From NCBI GenBank assembly GCA_964016885.1, contig OZ024747.1, positions 67,890,001-67,954,000 on the forward strand: a stretch of 64,000 bases of DNA. Reading direction: 5' to 3'. Positions 1-14,660 of the stretch are shown here, one piece after another. Numbering within the stretch: the stretch's first letter is position 1; every line of letters starts with the position of its first letter. A program made the translations under genes and the position numbers. Origin of the DNA: Eledone cirrhosa (lineage: Eukaryota). The notes below the pieces were generated by a model. It saw only the letters and a program-made list of their open reading frames with translations. It was not told the DNA's origin and made no database searches.

Positions 1-717
1 ATACATATATACACACACACATATATATACATACAATCTTACATTCTTATTTGCATGCGCATATATGTATTTTTATATTCAGATATAAATACCCAAACAT
101 ATATACACCTACCTACATATATATTCATACATACACGCTTACAAACACAGATGATAATAGTATGGGGGAAAGGGGGGGGGTGGAGAAGGGGGTTATAGTA
201 AATATATGTTTCAAGAAACATAGAATATTATCTGTATCTGGATCCAATGTATGTTTTTACATAGTTTCAGTGTTAGGAAATACAAGAAATAAGGCAAAAT
301 TTATGCATTTCAAAATAAGTATACCATTAATTATATGTTAACTAAACTAAAGATAGTTAACATATTGATTTCTAAGGTGTAAATTAGTTAGGTTTATAAT
401 ATTTGAAGCAGAATTTTGAAGTTAAATAGTAGTAGAGTATTAATTATAGTATAACTAAATTAAAGTTATTAACGTTATGGTATCAATATTAGGAAATGAA
501 TTTAGTAATAGGGAAAAACCAAATAAAGTATTACATCGGTAGTAGAATATAAATTATAGGTTAACTAAATTAAAAATTATATATTAATTTCTATAGTATA
601 TGTTAATTAGGTATATAATAAATAAAACAGATATTGTATTTTATCAATAGCAGAATATAATTATATGCAAATAGAAATCAAAATTAATACATATACATAT
701 ACATATACATACACATA

Positions 718-749
<32 letters not shown>

Positions 750-3116
750 CATATATACACATATACATACACACATACACATACATATACATACATACAT
801 ATACATATTTTTTCAAAAATTGCAAAGAATATATTAACTAGGTATACATCCAAAACACATCCCATTCTATGATTACATGACACTCTGCAATCCGTCTGTA
901 TAAGGATACTAATTTTAAGCCAATTAAATTAAATTTTTAGGTTGACTAAATTTAAAACCAAATTATAAATATATTTCTAAAATGTATATTAATTAGGTCT
1001 ATAATACTAAAAATTATTTCTCTGTCATTGGATACACGATATTTTGTTATATTTTATCTGTAAAGGAATTTTAATAAAAGGTTTAAATAAATTAAAATTA
1101 ATCTATAAATTAAATTACTAAGTATATATTAGTAATATTTAAAGGTTTTTCACAATTTATGATTACACAATATTTTATATTCTCATCTGTAGTAGAATTT
1201 TAATTAAATTAAATTTATAGGTTAACTAACATTTAAATTAAATTAATTTCTAAAATAATGTTATTAATTAGGTTTATAATATTTAAATGTTTTTTTTAGT
1301 TTATGATTACACGATATAATTAATTCCTGTCGTTTATTTAATAGGATATCCTTAGATTTCATTATTTCAAATAGTTCTTGGGAACATAATCTACATTCAT
1401 TTCTATTATTTTGATAAGGGGTGGCTCTTTTGAGCACACTCCAGGTCAAATCATATTCTATATTCTTATTTTTATAACTATTGATTTTTTCTGCTAGAGA
1501 TGTTGTATTAGCCAGTGCGGCATTTTTAAAACTATGCTTGTGGGTATTAAACCTTGTCTTAAAATTGTTAGAGGTAGCTCCTATATATGAGCAAATAGAA
1601 TCTTTAGTTTTAACATTACATTTATAGACTATGTTGTTAACAAGACAATTCCCTTTTAATGGGCAGTTTGCTTTGTTTCTACAGTTACAACCTTTCGTTA
1701 ATTCTGTATTTGAGGAGATATTATGGTTAATTTGATGTACTGGTGGTATACTTATGGTTTTCTTACATTTATATGCATTATAGGCACTTATATTTTGTTT
1801 TATGTTATTTGTTGTAGAGTATGAGAATTTAACTGTAGACCTATTTAAGATTTGATGGTATTTGTGGTTTGGCGGTAAGTTTTTCTCTAGGATATAAAAA
1901 AAATTTTTAGCAATATTATCCTTAATTTGTAAATTAAATGGAGCATTATACCAAGTAACCCGTCTATTACGGTTTCTATGTTGTTTATTATTTTTATTAT
2001 TTTTATAGGTTGTATCGTGATGTTTACTAGGAGGATTAATGTTAATGATCTCACCACAACCATTTTTAGTTATATTTGTAGATTTAGGTGTTTTATCCTT
2101 TTTATTAGGAGTTTTATTATTAATATTTATTAGAGTTGTATGATGAGTAGTTTTTTGAGAGTTACTATATTTTATATTAGAAGATTTGGTATTTTGGGGT
2201 ATATTGTGGGTGGCATTTAGGTGTGTACTTTACATTTGGTGTTTGTTGGTAATATTAGGTTGTATGCTTTTAGTATTTTTAGTAGAAGGTATATATTCTA
2301 ATCTATTTTTGTGGCCACTTCTATCTAGAGCTTCGTTATAGAAGGTCGCATTTTTATCAAATACATCTTGGTTAGAAGAAAGGTTAGAAATTCTAAGTGA
2401 TATATTATATGCAAGGTTTTTAAGGATAGATTTAGGGTGATTAGATTGTGAGTGTATGTAATGTAAGTTTTGGTTTGGTTTATGGTAAGGTTGGTAGATA
2501 CCCGTAGCTAAATCTAAAGTTATATCTAGGAAATTTACTACTTTACTTGTTTTTTCAAAAGTAATATGAAGATTATAATAGTCTTTAAGGAAAGTTCTAA
2601 TATGTTTTTTGTTTTTTTCAATTTCTGAAAGGCTAAGGTTGTTAGAAAGAAGAAGACAGTCATCACGATATAAACCACCTTTGAGGTGGGGAAAGGAGGC
2701 ATTTATGTTGAAAAGGAGAAAGAGGCCCACAAGATCAGTAATTTGGGCGGAATCGCTTGAACCCATAGTAATATCAAATAGATTACTATATGTGTTTCTG
2801 GTCCAGTATTCATTCTGAAATTCAATAAGTGTTAGTCTAGCATGTGTAATAATATTAATGTCATCCAAAGTTAAGTTAGATCTATTTTTAGCAAATATCA
2901 ATGCTTTGTTCAGGAGTATAGGTGATATAGAGGAATAGTAATTATCTATATCAAATTGTAGAAATGAAGCAGAAGATTTACATCTAATATTTTTAAACCA
3001 GTTAATTACCTGGGAGGTGTTTTCCCAGAGTGGTAAAATAACGTGTTTTCTTATTTGTGGGATGACTCTATCCAAAATTTTTTTGCTAATTATTCCAATA
3101 TCTGATTTGGAGGGAC
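1..3116 (-). mobile_element. Penelope-like retroelement family A (Naiad-like), 5'-truncated copy: RT-linker-GIY-YIG plus start of the long 3' UTR, which runs off the window start
   Basis: RT motifs FDIDNYY, MGSSDSAQITDLVG, LYRDDCL and VNFLDITLDL, then CNCRNKANCPLKGNC, IVYKC...YIGATSNNFKTRF, CRLC and LLNKRQE. Positions 1-1812 are the reverse complement of ~8283-10130. Confidence 0.93.
1264..3116 (-). pseudogene. PLE reverse transcriptase/GIY-YIG endonuclease ORF, 5'-truncated, with one in-frame TAA at 2230-2232
   Basis: Manual translation continues in the same frame past the TAA (STHLNATHNIP...HRNRNRRVTWYNAPFN...VKFSYSTTNNIKQNI) into the GIY-YIG domain ending at 1264. Confidence 0.88.
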
Positions 3117-3127
3117 ATATAAATATG

Positions 3128-3612
3128 TATAAATATGTGTACGGGGTAGTTACATGTATATACACACACCGAATTGCATAAAACCTTTTGTATTTTCATT
3201 GGTCAATTTTGTTCCCAAACGGACCTGAAATTTTGAATTGTTGTTATTATCAATAAATATATTTCATTATTTCTGAAGACGGCGTATATATGTGTTGGTA
3301 TGTATATTTAATCTTGATAGTTTGTATAATTTTGTATAATTTTGTACATAGATCTGTTGAATATGCATGCCAATTTTAACACATATATATCCTAGAAACG
3401 ATCGTTAAATAATGAACTTTTTTTGTTTAATATAAGGAACTGTTTCATTGTTTTATTCATTATTTGTTTAATATTTTATCTTGACTCTATATACCGTTTA
3501 TCTTTCACCGAAAGTGATTTTTCATTACATCTCTTCTTTCCATGATATCCGGAATACATTGAGTTCTTCATACGGATTGGACACTACCGTAAACTCTTGG
3601 TAGATTTATCTA
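3128..3612 (+). repeat. Family A pseudo-LTR (pLTR), inverted relative to the adjacent ORF
   Basis: Near-identical to 12710-13186. Ends in the hairpin GTAGAT-TT-ATCTAC followed by (TA)n. Confidence 0.9.
3263..3416 (+). ncRNA. Type I hammerhead ribozyme motif (family A), long helix II, palindromic helix III
   Basis: TTCATTATTT-CTGAAGA-[~115 nt hairpin]-GAAA-CGATCG-TT^AAATAATGAA. Helix I is a perfect 10 bp, but the base of helix II is imperfect. Confidence 0.75.
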
Positions 3613-4868
<1,256 letters not shown>

Positions 4869-4875
4869 GGTATAT

Positions 4876-4988
4876 AACGAAGGAAATGTGGTAAGGAACC
4901 AGGTGGACCATAACGCACCAAAGTACTCAATACTTAGGGTAGTAGAGTGGGTAATAGGAACCAGTAAGGGGGTCTTACTGGTTCCTAT
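4876..4988 (-). repeat. Family B pLTR terminal fragment with a short inverted arm
   Basis: 4876-4968 matches 61308-61400. It is followed by the inverted GGGGTCTTACTGGTTCCTAT (4969-4988). Confidence 0.88.
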
Positions 4989-5001
4989 ATATGTATATAT
5001 G

Positions 5002-5034
<33 letters not shown>

Positions 5035-5035
<1 letters not shown>

Positions 5036-5331
5036 GTATATTAGTGAGAGGATCAGGGGTGTATAACACTCCACTTATCCAACAGGCAGTATAAGGTTAG
5101 CTCGATGTCTGAGGACAAAGCCGTGATATAATCAATAACAAAGAACGCCTATGGCATATGCATATCTTTACTTGCTAACATTGTTTCATCCGCACTATAA
5201 GTGGGACTCATCAGAGCATAAAGGTTGATTACATATCACAAAAGGTTGATTACATATCACATAGTGCGGATGAAACAATGTTAGCAAGTAAAGATATGCA
5301 TATGCCATAGGCGTTCTTTGTTATTGATTAT
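5035..5331 (-). mobile_element. PLE-type pLTR fragment (family C) with inverted partial copy
   Basis: 5126-5199 is inverted at 5261-5331, with a 20-bp tandem duplication (AAAGGTTGATTACATATCAC) at the junction. Flanked by (TA)n and contains a hammerhead motif. Confidence 0.75.
5173..5218 (-). ncRNA. Minimal type I hammerhead ribozyme motif
   Basis: TGCT-CTGATGA-GTCCCACTTATAGTGCGGAT-GAAA-CAATG-TT^AGCA on the minus strand. Confidence 0.8.
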
Positions 5332-5470
5332 ATATATATATATGTGTATGTATGTATATATATATATATATATATATGTACATATATATATGTATATATG
5401 TATATATATATATATGTATGTATGTATGTATATATATATATATATATGTATATTTATATATATATATATG

Positions 5471-5577
<107 letters not shown>

Positions 5578-5688
5578 ATATATATATACATTTATATAGA
5601 TATATATATGTATGTGTATATGTATATATATATATACATATATATGTATGTATGTATATATATGTTTATATGTATATATATATATACA

Positions 5689-5719
<31 letters not shown>

Positions 5720-5781
5720 ATATATATATGTATATACATACATATATATATGTATGTATGTATGTATATATATATATATGT

Positions 5782-6426
5782 ATACATTTTATTACTAATT
5801 ATATCTAAATGTTTCTTCTCTCTTCATAATGTATTTTTAACTCTGATAGTGGTTCAGTCTAGTTCAACCGGACTGGTCTGTCCCAGTCATTCATTGAGCA
5901 ACATCGGTGAGGTTGGCACCCTTAACTCACGGTTGGGTGTGGATGCATTCATGTATATGTGTGTGTCCGCATGTATCTGTGTGTTTCTAAATATATTGTT
6001 AATAACTCCCTCTAGTCGAGTAATCTTTGAAGTGTGGTGACTGCTGGAAAGCTGCCATTACTCATACTTCTCCCCTCCTTCACCACCTCTTCTACGGCTT
6101 CGATATAAGTACCCCCTCCGCCTCCGTGGTATTTTCTTCGCGGTTATAAGAGGCTTAGCTCTGTTTCTCGACCGTTATATCGTGTGACTATCTCCCCCTC
6201 CGCCTTTTGGGATTCTTTCTCACGTCGTGTAGACGCGTTCTTGAGGCTAGTAAAATGAGGTATCCTCTTGATAAGTCGGCAGACCTCGCAAGGACTCTAT
6301 ATCTTTATGATGTATTGTTTTTGTTTATGCCACGAAACTACGTAGTCGAAGAATCTAGGAGCAGCTTAGGTATGATACATTTTATTACTAATTATATCTA
6401 AATGTTTCTTCTCTCTTCATAATGTA
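5782..6426 (+). mobile_element. ORF-less element with 52-bp terminal direct repeats and a hammerhead (retrozyme-like or PLE-derived)
   Basis: 5782-5833 equals 6375-6426 (period 593). Flanked by TA/TATG arrays. Confidence 0.65.
6263..6352 (+). ncRNA. Hammerhead ribozyme motif, U3-A8 core variant
   Basis: TCCTC-TTGATAA-GTCGGCA...TGCCAC-GAAA-CTACGTAG-TC^GAAGA. Helix III is palindromic and helix I has one mismatch. Confidence 0.68.
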
Positions 6427-6541
6427 CATACATATATATATATATATGTATGTATGTATGTATATATATATATATGTATATACATACATATATATATATC
6501 TATATATATGTATGTATGTATGTATATATATATATATGTAT

Positions 6542-6593
<52 letters not shown>

Positions 6594-6709
6594 ATATATA
6601 TATGTATATACATATATATATATATATGTATGTATGTATATATATATATATGTATATACATACATATATATATATATATATATGTATGTATATATATATA
6701 TATATGTAT

Positions 6710-6761
<52 letters not shown>

Positions 6762-6906
6762 ATATAAATTTATGTATATACATACATATATATATATACA
6801 TGTATGTATATATATATTTATGTATATACATACATATATATATATATATATGTATGTATATATATATATGTATATACATACATATATATATATATATGTA
6901 TGTATG

Positions 6907-6988
<82 letters not shown>

Positions 6989-7030
6989 TGTATGTATGTA
7001 TGTATGTATGTATGTATGTATGTATGTATG

Positions 7031-7440
7031 GAGAGATGACCCCTTAGCCTTTGTCAAGGTAGAATTCTAGGAGAAGGAAAACTCTGATATAACACCTGCA
7101 ACCCTGATGGTATCCAATGATGTTGACTTGTTCTTCTTTTTGGTAAATATCATCTTGGTTAAGAGAGTGGGACTGGCTTTGTGCAGTGCCTTTGCTCACT
7201 ATAAAAGCTTCACAGCACAAGCATTGCTTTATATCTGGAGATCTCTCTGCACTTGTCATCACATGGTACCATGGGCCCTGCACTATGTGTCAATAATAGT
7301 CACAAGTGTAGTGTTTGTACCAGAGTTTTCAAGTCGCTGGCTGGACTAAAAAGTCACATTCGTTCAGCGCATCGGTAGGGGTTCTCCTACATGGATATAA
7401 AGTAGTGGCCGTACTCGAAAACGAGTTGGCAGCCACCATG
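7031..7440 (+). mobile_element. Non-autonomous RTE-derived bipartite SINE-like element (family S1)
   Basis: RTE-type 5' UTR motif TAGGAGAAGGAAAACTCTGA. The 3' part encodes a relic [17 protein letters not shown] finger, then the terminal hairpin ACTCG-AAAA-CGAGT and an (ATGT)n tail. Five copies in the window. Confidence 0.8.
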
Positions 7441-7444
7441 TATG

Positions 7445-7492
<48 letters not shown>

Positions 7493-7495
<3 letters not shown>

Positions 7496-8280
7496 AGGAG
7501 GTGAGTTTTATTGTAGTACAATAAAGCAATGCAGATATCGGATAAGAAGCACTCTACAGTTTGTGGGACTGGAGTATGCATAATATAAGATCAAAAGATG
7601 GTTAAAGGAGTTCCATATATTTTATGCGCATTTCAAAAACAAATATCATCAAGCAATAATATTTGTGTTTTCATCAGATAAAACAGGAGAACATGATATG
7701 AAGGCTAAAAAACACTTGTTGATAGTGCAGTTTTAAATCAACATATGAAAAGTGGTTTTAGATTGATGTGTGATATTGGGAAAAATATTTTATTTAGAGA
7801 GGGGGGGGGGGAAAGGATGAAAAGGGAAGGAGATGAGAGGGAGAGATGGGTGATAGAGAGAAAGAGATAGTTTTTATAACTGAGAGGAGATATATTTTTT
7901 ACATAGAGGGGTTGAAAACCGTTGGAAGATACTGTATAAATTAAAAATTTTGAAAATTAACGAAGGGAGGATATGTGCGAGGAAAAAATATTTTATTTAG
8001 GGAGGGGGGGGTGGAAAGGATGAAAAAAAGGGGGGAGGAGATGAGAGTGAAGGTGGGGAGGGAGAGATGGGTGATAGAGAGAAAGAGATAGTTTTTATAA
8101 CTGAGAAAAAGATATATTGTTTTAATATAGAGAGGTTAGGAACCGTTGGAAGATAATGTATAAATTAAAGGAATTTGAAAATTAACGAAGGGAAATTATG
8201 TATGAAGATAGAGAGAAAAAAATAATAATTGTGGGTGAATATTCTAACGTCAAAAGAAGAAATGTATGTATTGTGGCAAT
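7493..8280 (-). mobile_element. 3' end of a further PLE-like family (CT-rich 3' UTR with ~200-bp internal duplication plus pLTR)
   Basis: Contains a hammerhead motif and ends in (TA)n. ~7781-7978 is repeated at ~7982-8200. Confidence 0.6.
7618..7683 (-). ncRNA. Hammerhead ribozyme motif with weak helix I
   Basis: TTTTAT-CTGATGA-AAACACAAATATTAT..ATGATATTTGTTTTT-GAAA-TGCGCA-TA^AAAT. Helix III is palindromic. Confidence 0.62.
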
Positions 8281-8282
8281 TT

Positions 8283-8831
8283 CAAAATAACATAAAACAA
8301 AATATAAGTGCCTATAATGCATATAAATGTAAGAAAACCATAAGTATACCACCAGTACATCAAATTAACCATAATATCTCCTCAAATACAGAATTAACGA
8401 AAGGATGTAACTGTAGAAACAAAGCAAACTGCCCATTAAAAGGGAATTGTCTTGTTAACAACATAGTCTATAAATGTAATGTTAAAACTAAAGATTCTAT
8501 TTGCTCATATATAGGAGCTACCTCTAACAATTTTAAGACAAGGTTTAATACCCACAAGCATAGTTTTAAAAATGCCGCACTGGCTAATACAACATCTCTA
8601 GCAGAAAAAATCAATAGTTATAAAAATAAGAATATAGAATATGATTTGACCTGGAGTGTGCTCAAAAGAGCCACCCCTTATCAAAATAATAGAAATGAAT
8701 GTAGATTATGTTCCCAAGAACTATTTGAAATAATGAAATCTAAGGATATCTTATTAAATAAACGACAGGAATTAATTATATCGTGTAATCATAAACTAAA
8801 AAAAACATTTAAATATTATAAACCTAATTAA
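8283..8831 (+). pseudogene. GIY-YIG endonuclease fragment of PLE family A
   Basis: NNIKQNISAY...CNCRNKANCPLKGNC...YIGATS...CRLC...LLNKRQE. The first ~18 codons of the ORF-track entry are unrelated flank. Confidence 0.9.
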
Positions 8832-10084
8832 TAACATTATTTTAGAAATTAACTTAATTTAAATGTTAGTTAACCTATAAATTTAATTTAATTAAAATTT
8901 TATTACAGATGAGAATATAAAATATTATGTAATCATAAATTGTGAAAAACCTTTAAATATTACTAATATATACTTAGTAATTTAATTTATTGATTAATTT
9001 TAATTTATTTAAACCTTTTATTATAATTTTTTTTATTATAATTCTTTTACAGATAAAATATAACAAAATAATATCGTGTATCCAATGACAGAGAAATAAT
9101 TTTTAGTATTATAGACCTAATTAATATACATTTTAGAAATATATTTATAATTTGGTTTTAATTTTAATCAACCTAAAAATTTAATTTAATTTGCTTAAAA
9201 TTAGTATCCTTATACAGACGAATTGCAGAATGTCATGTAATCATAGAATGGGATGTGTTTTGGATATATACCTAGTTAATATATTCTATGCAATTTTTTG
9301 AAAAAAATATGTATATGTATATGTGTATGTGTATGTGTGTGTGTATGTATATGTGTATATATGTATATATATATGTGTGTATATATATGTATATATGTAT
9401 GTGTATGTATATGTATATGTATATGTATTGATTTTGATTTCTATTTGCATATAATTATATTCTGCTATTGATAAAATACAATATCTGTTTTATTTATTAT
9501 ATACCTAATTAACATATACTATAGAAATAAATATATAATTTTTAATTTAGTTAACCTATAATTTATATTCTACTACCGATGTAATACTTTATTTGTTTTT
9601 TCCCTATTACTAAATTCATTTCCTAATATTGATACCATAACGTTATTAACTTTAATTTAGTTATACTATAATTAATACTCTACTACTATTTAACTTCAAA
9701 ATTTTGCTTCAAATATTATAAACCTAACTAATTTACACCTTAGAAATCAATATGTTAACTATCTTTAGTTTAGTTAACATATAATTAATGGTATACTTGT
9801 TTATTTTGAGATGCATAGATTTTGCCTTATTTCTTGTTCATTGTATTTCCTAACACTGAAACTATGTAAAAACATACATTGGATCAAGATACGGAAAATA
9901 TTCTATGTTTCTTGAAACATATATTTACTATAATCCCCTTCTCCAAACCCCCCCTTTCCCCCATACTATTATCATCTGTATTTGTAGGCGTGTATGTATG
10001 AATATATATGTAGGTAGGTGTGTATATATATTTGGGTATTTATATCTGAATATAAAAATACATATATGCGCATGCAAATATGAA

Positions 10085-10180
10085 TGTAAGATTGTGTGTG
10101 TATATATGTGTGTGTGTATGTATGTATATATGTGTATATATGCATGTGTATATGTATGTGTTTGTGAATGTGTGTATGTG

Positions 10181-10221
<41 letters not shown>

Positions 10222-10470
10222 ATTTATATATATATATGTATATATATATATGTATATATATGTGTGTGTAAGTATGTGTGTGTATGTGTGGTTGTGTATA
10301 TATATGTATGTCTCTCTATTTATATGTCTATCTTCGTATCTATGTGGATATATGTGTGTGAGTGCATGTATACACATATATGTGTTTATGTGTATATGTG
10401 TGTATGTGTATATATGTGTGTGTGCACACACATATTTATGTGAGGTTGTATATGTGTCTGTGTATATGTA

Positions 10471-10510
<40 letters not shown>

Positions 10511-10556
10511 TGTCTATGTGTGTATATATGTCTATATTCGTATGTGTGTATATATG

Positions 10557-10597
<41 letters not shown>

Positions 10598-10858
10598 GTG
10601 TGTGTATATATATATATATATACATTGTTTATTATTATAATATAACTTATGTGTATGTGTGTATATGTGAGGGTGTGTATATGTATATAATATGTGTATA
10701 TATAAATGTAAAAAAATATATATATGTGCATGTCTGTTTTTTATGTGTGTGTATATATATATATATATATGTGTGTATATATATGTATATGTGGGTGTTT
10801 TGTATGTGTATTTATGGTGGTATGTGTGTGTGGTTATGTATATATATATATGAATGTA

Positions 10859-10935
<77 letters not shown>

Positions 10936-11276
10936 CTCTATTAATGCGTGTATATATGTATATGCATATGCCTTTTTATTTTTATTTGTATGTCTGAGTT
11001 GGGTGAGGTTGTAGTGGTGTTTCTATGTATATACGCATATATGGATGCGTATGTATTTGTATATATGAGTATATGTAAGTGCATATGTATGTATGATTAT
11101 ATATCTAATTCTATGTATGAATATATATGTATATATATGTGTGTATGTAAGTTGTGTGTGTATGTATGTATATGTCTATGTGTGTGTATATATATATGTA
11201 TGTATATCTATGTATGTGTATGTACATGTATGTCTATGTATGTGTGTATGTATGTGTGTGTGTATGTATATATATA

Positions 11277-11349
<73 letters not shown>

Positions 11350-11582
11350 CTTTATTATTTATTTTTTATATATGTGTGCGTGTGTATGTGCGTGTGTGTG
11401 TGTGTGTATATATATCTTTATATATGTGTATGTGTATGTTCGTGTAGGTGTATGTGTGTGTATGACTTTATATGTATGTGTGTATGTGTGTATGCGTATA
11501 TATTTCTATGTGTGTGTACATGTATGTATGTGTATGTATGTGTATGTGTGTATATGTGTATATGTATGTATATATATATATG

Positions 11583-11619
<37 letters not shown>

Positions 11620-11949
11620 ATATATATATATCTATATGTTTTTCTATTTGTATATGTATGTGTGTATAGGTATATACCTTTCTCTTTGTATGTCTAAGTT
11701 GTGTGATAGTGTAGTGGTGTTTGTATGTATATACCGATATATAGATGCGTAAGTATTTGTCTGTATGTATGTATGTAAGTCTGTATATACTTGTGTGTAT
11801 ATATAGCTATGTATGTGTATATCTGTATGTATATTAGCATGTAAGTGTTGTATATGTGCATGTATGTGTGTGGTTATATATATATGTGTGTCTATATAAT
11901 ATGTGTGATTATATGTATATGTATGTGTGTATGTATGTGTATATACATA

Positions 11950-11994
<45 letters not shown>

Positions 11995-12144
11995 ATTTAT
12001 ATGTATGTGTGTATATGTATGTATGTGTGTATATGTATATGTTTATATATGTGTGTGTATGTATGTTCTTAGTGTGGATGTGTGTATATGTATGTATGTG
12101 TTTGTATATGTGTGTATATATATGTATGTGTGTGTGTGTGTATG

Positions 12145-12200
<56 letters not shown>
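10085..12200. repeat. Degenerate (TG/TA)n low-complexity array inside the family A 3' UTR
   Basis: Seen directly. Its start is shared with positions 1-45 of the other copy. Confidence 0.93.
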
Positions 12201-12201
<1 letters not shown>

Positions 12202-12838
12202 TTTCTTGATATATTTCTTTTTTCTTTTTTCTTTCTATTCTTTCCTCTTTAATGTTTATTTATTATTTATTATTTTTTATTTTTATTTTCTTAGTTTATA
12301 GATACATCTATATTAGGCAGTCTGCCCAGACCGTTGAATACTGCCCTCTCCCCCCCCTCCCACCTAATTTCTGTATCTTGATCTAAATGTGTGTGCCAGT
12401 GTTTATGTGAGTGAATTAATATCCATGTGCTTATGATTTTATATCCACATATATAAATGTGAGTGGGGGTGTGTGTGTGTTTGTATGTTCGTGGTTATGT
12501 GTATATTTATGCATATACGCGCGTGTATGTGTGATTGTACGGATATGTGTGAGTATGAAAAAATATTTTTATATACTTAATTTCATATTTGTGTGTCTAT
12601 ACGCATCTTATCTGTGCATTATAAACTTACAGAGACATTAACCTTGAAATTTTGTATTTGCATCCATCCTTTTAGTATGCGTATACAAATTATACATACA
12701 TTTTTGTAAAATATGTGTAAGGGTTTTACATGTATATACACACACCGAACTGCATTTAACCTTTTGTGTTTTCATTGGTCAATTTTGTTTCCAAACGGAC
12801 CTGAAATTTTGAATTGTTGTTATTATCAATAAATATAC

Positions 12839-12992
12839 TTCATTATTTCTGAAGACGGCGTATATATGTGTTGGTATGTATATTTAATCTTGATAGTTTG
12901 TATAATTTTGTATAATTTTGTACATAGATCTGTTGAATATGCATGCCAATTCTAACACATATATATCCTAGAAACGATCGTTAAATAATGAA
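12839..12992 (+). ncRNA. Hammerhead ribozyme motif (family A)
   Basis: Same motif as 3263-3416. Confidence 0.75.
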
Positions 12993-13184
12993 CTTTTTTT
13001 GTTTAATATAAGGAACTGTCTCATTGTTTATTCATTATTGTTTAATATTTTATCTTGACTCTGTATACCGTTTATCTTTCACCGAAAGTGATTGTTCATT
13101 ACATCTCTTCTTTCCATGATATCCGGAATACATTGAGTTCTTCATACGGATTGGATACTACCGTAAACTCTTGGTAGATTTATC

Positions 13185-13282
<98 letters not shown>

Positions 13283-13302
13283 TATATATATATATACACA
13301 TA

Positions 13303-13850
<548 letters not shown>

Positions 13851-13867
13851 TATATATATATATACAC

Positions 13868-13900
<33 letters not shown>

Positions 13901-13963
13901 CACATATATATATATATATACACACATTTATATATATATATACACACACACATATATATATAT

Positions 13964-14660
<697 letters not shown>

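Larger units (their letters stand above)
8283..13186 (+). mobile_element. PLE family A 3' portion: GIY-YIG domain, ~4.3-kb 3' UTR with internal microsatellite, terminal pLTR
   Basis: GIY-YIG coding region 8283-8831 is near-identical to the minus-strand copy. The pLTR at 12710-13186 is followed by (TA)n. Continuity across the microsatellite is inferred. Confidence 0.8.

Noticed and set aside
2230-2232. Selenocysteine recoding, as reported for some Naiad elements
   Set aside because: The in-frame stop is TAA, not TGA. No in-frame TGA occurs in either PLE coding fragment and I could not identify a SECIS.
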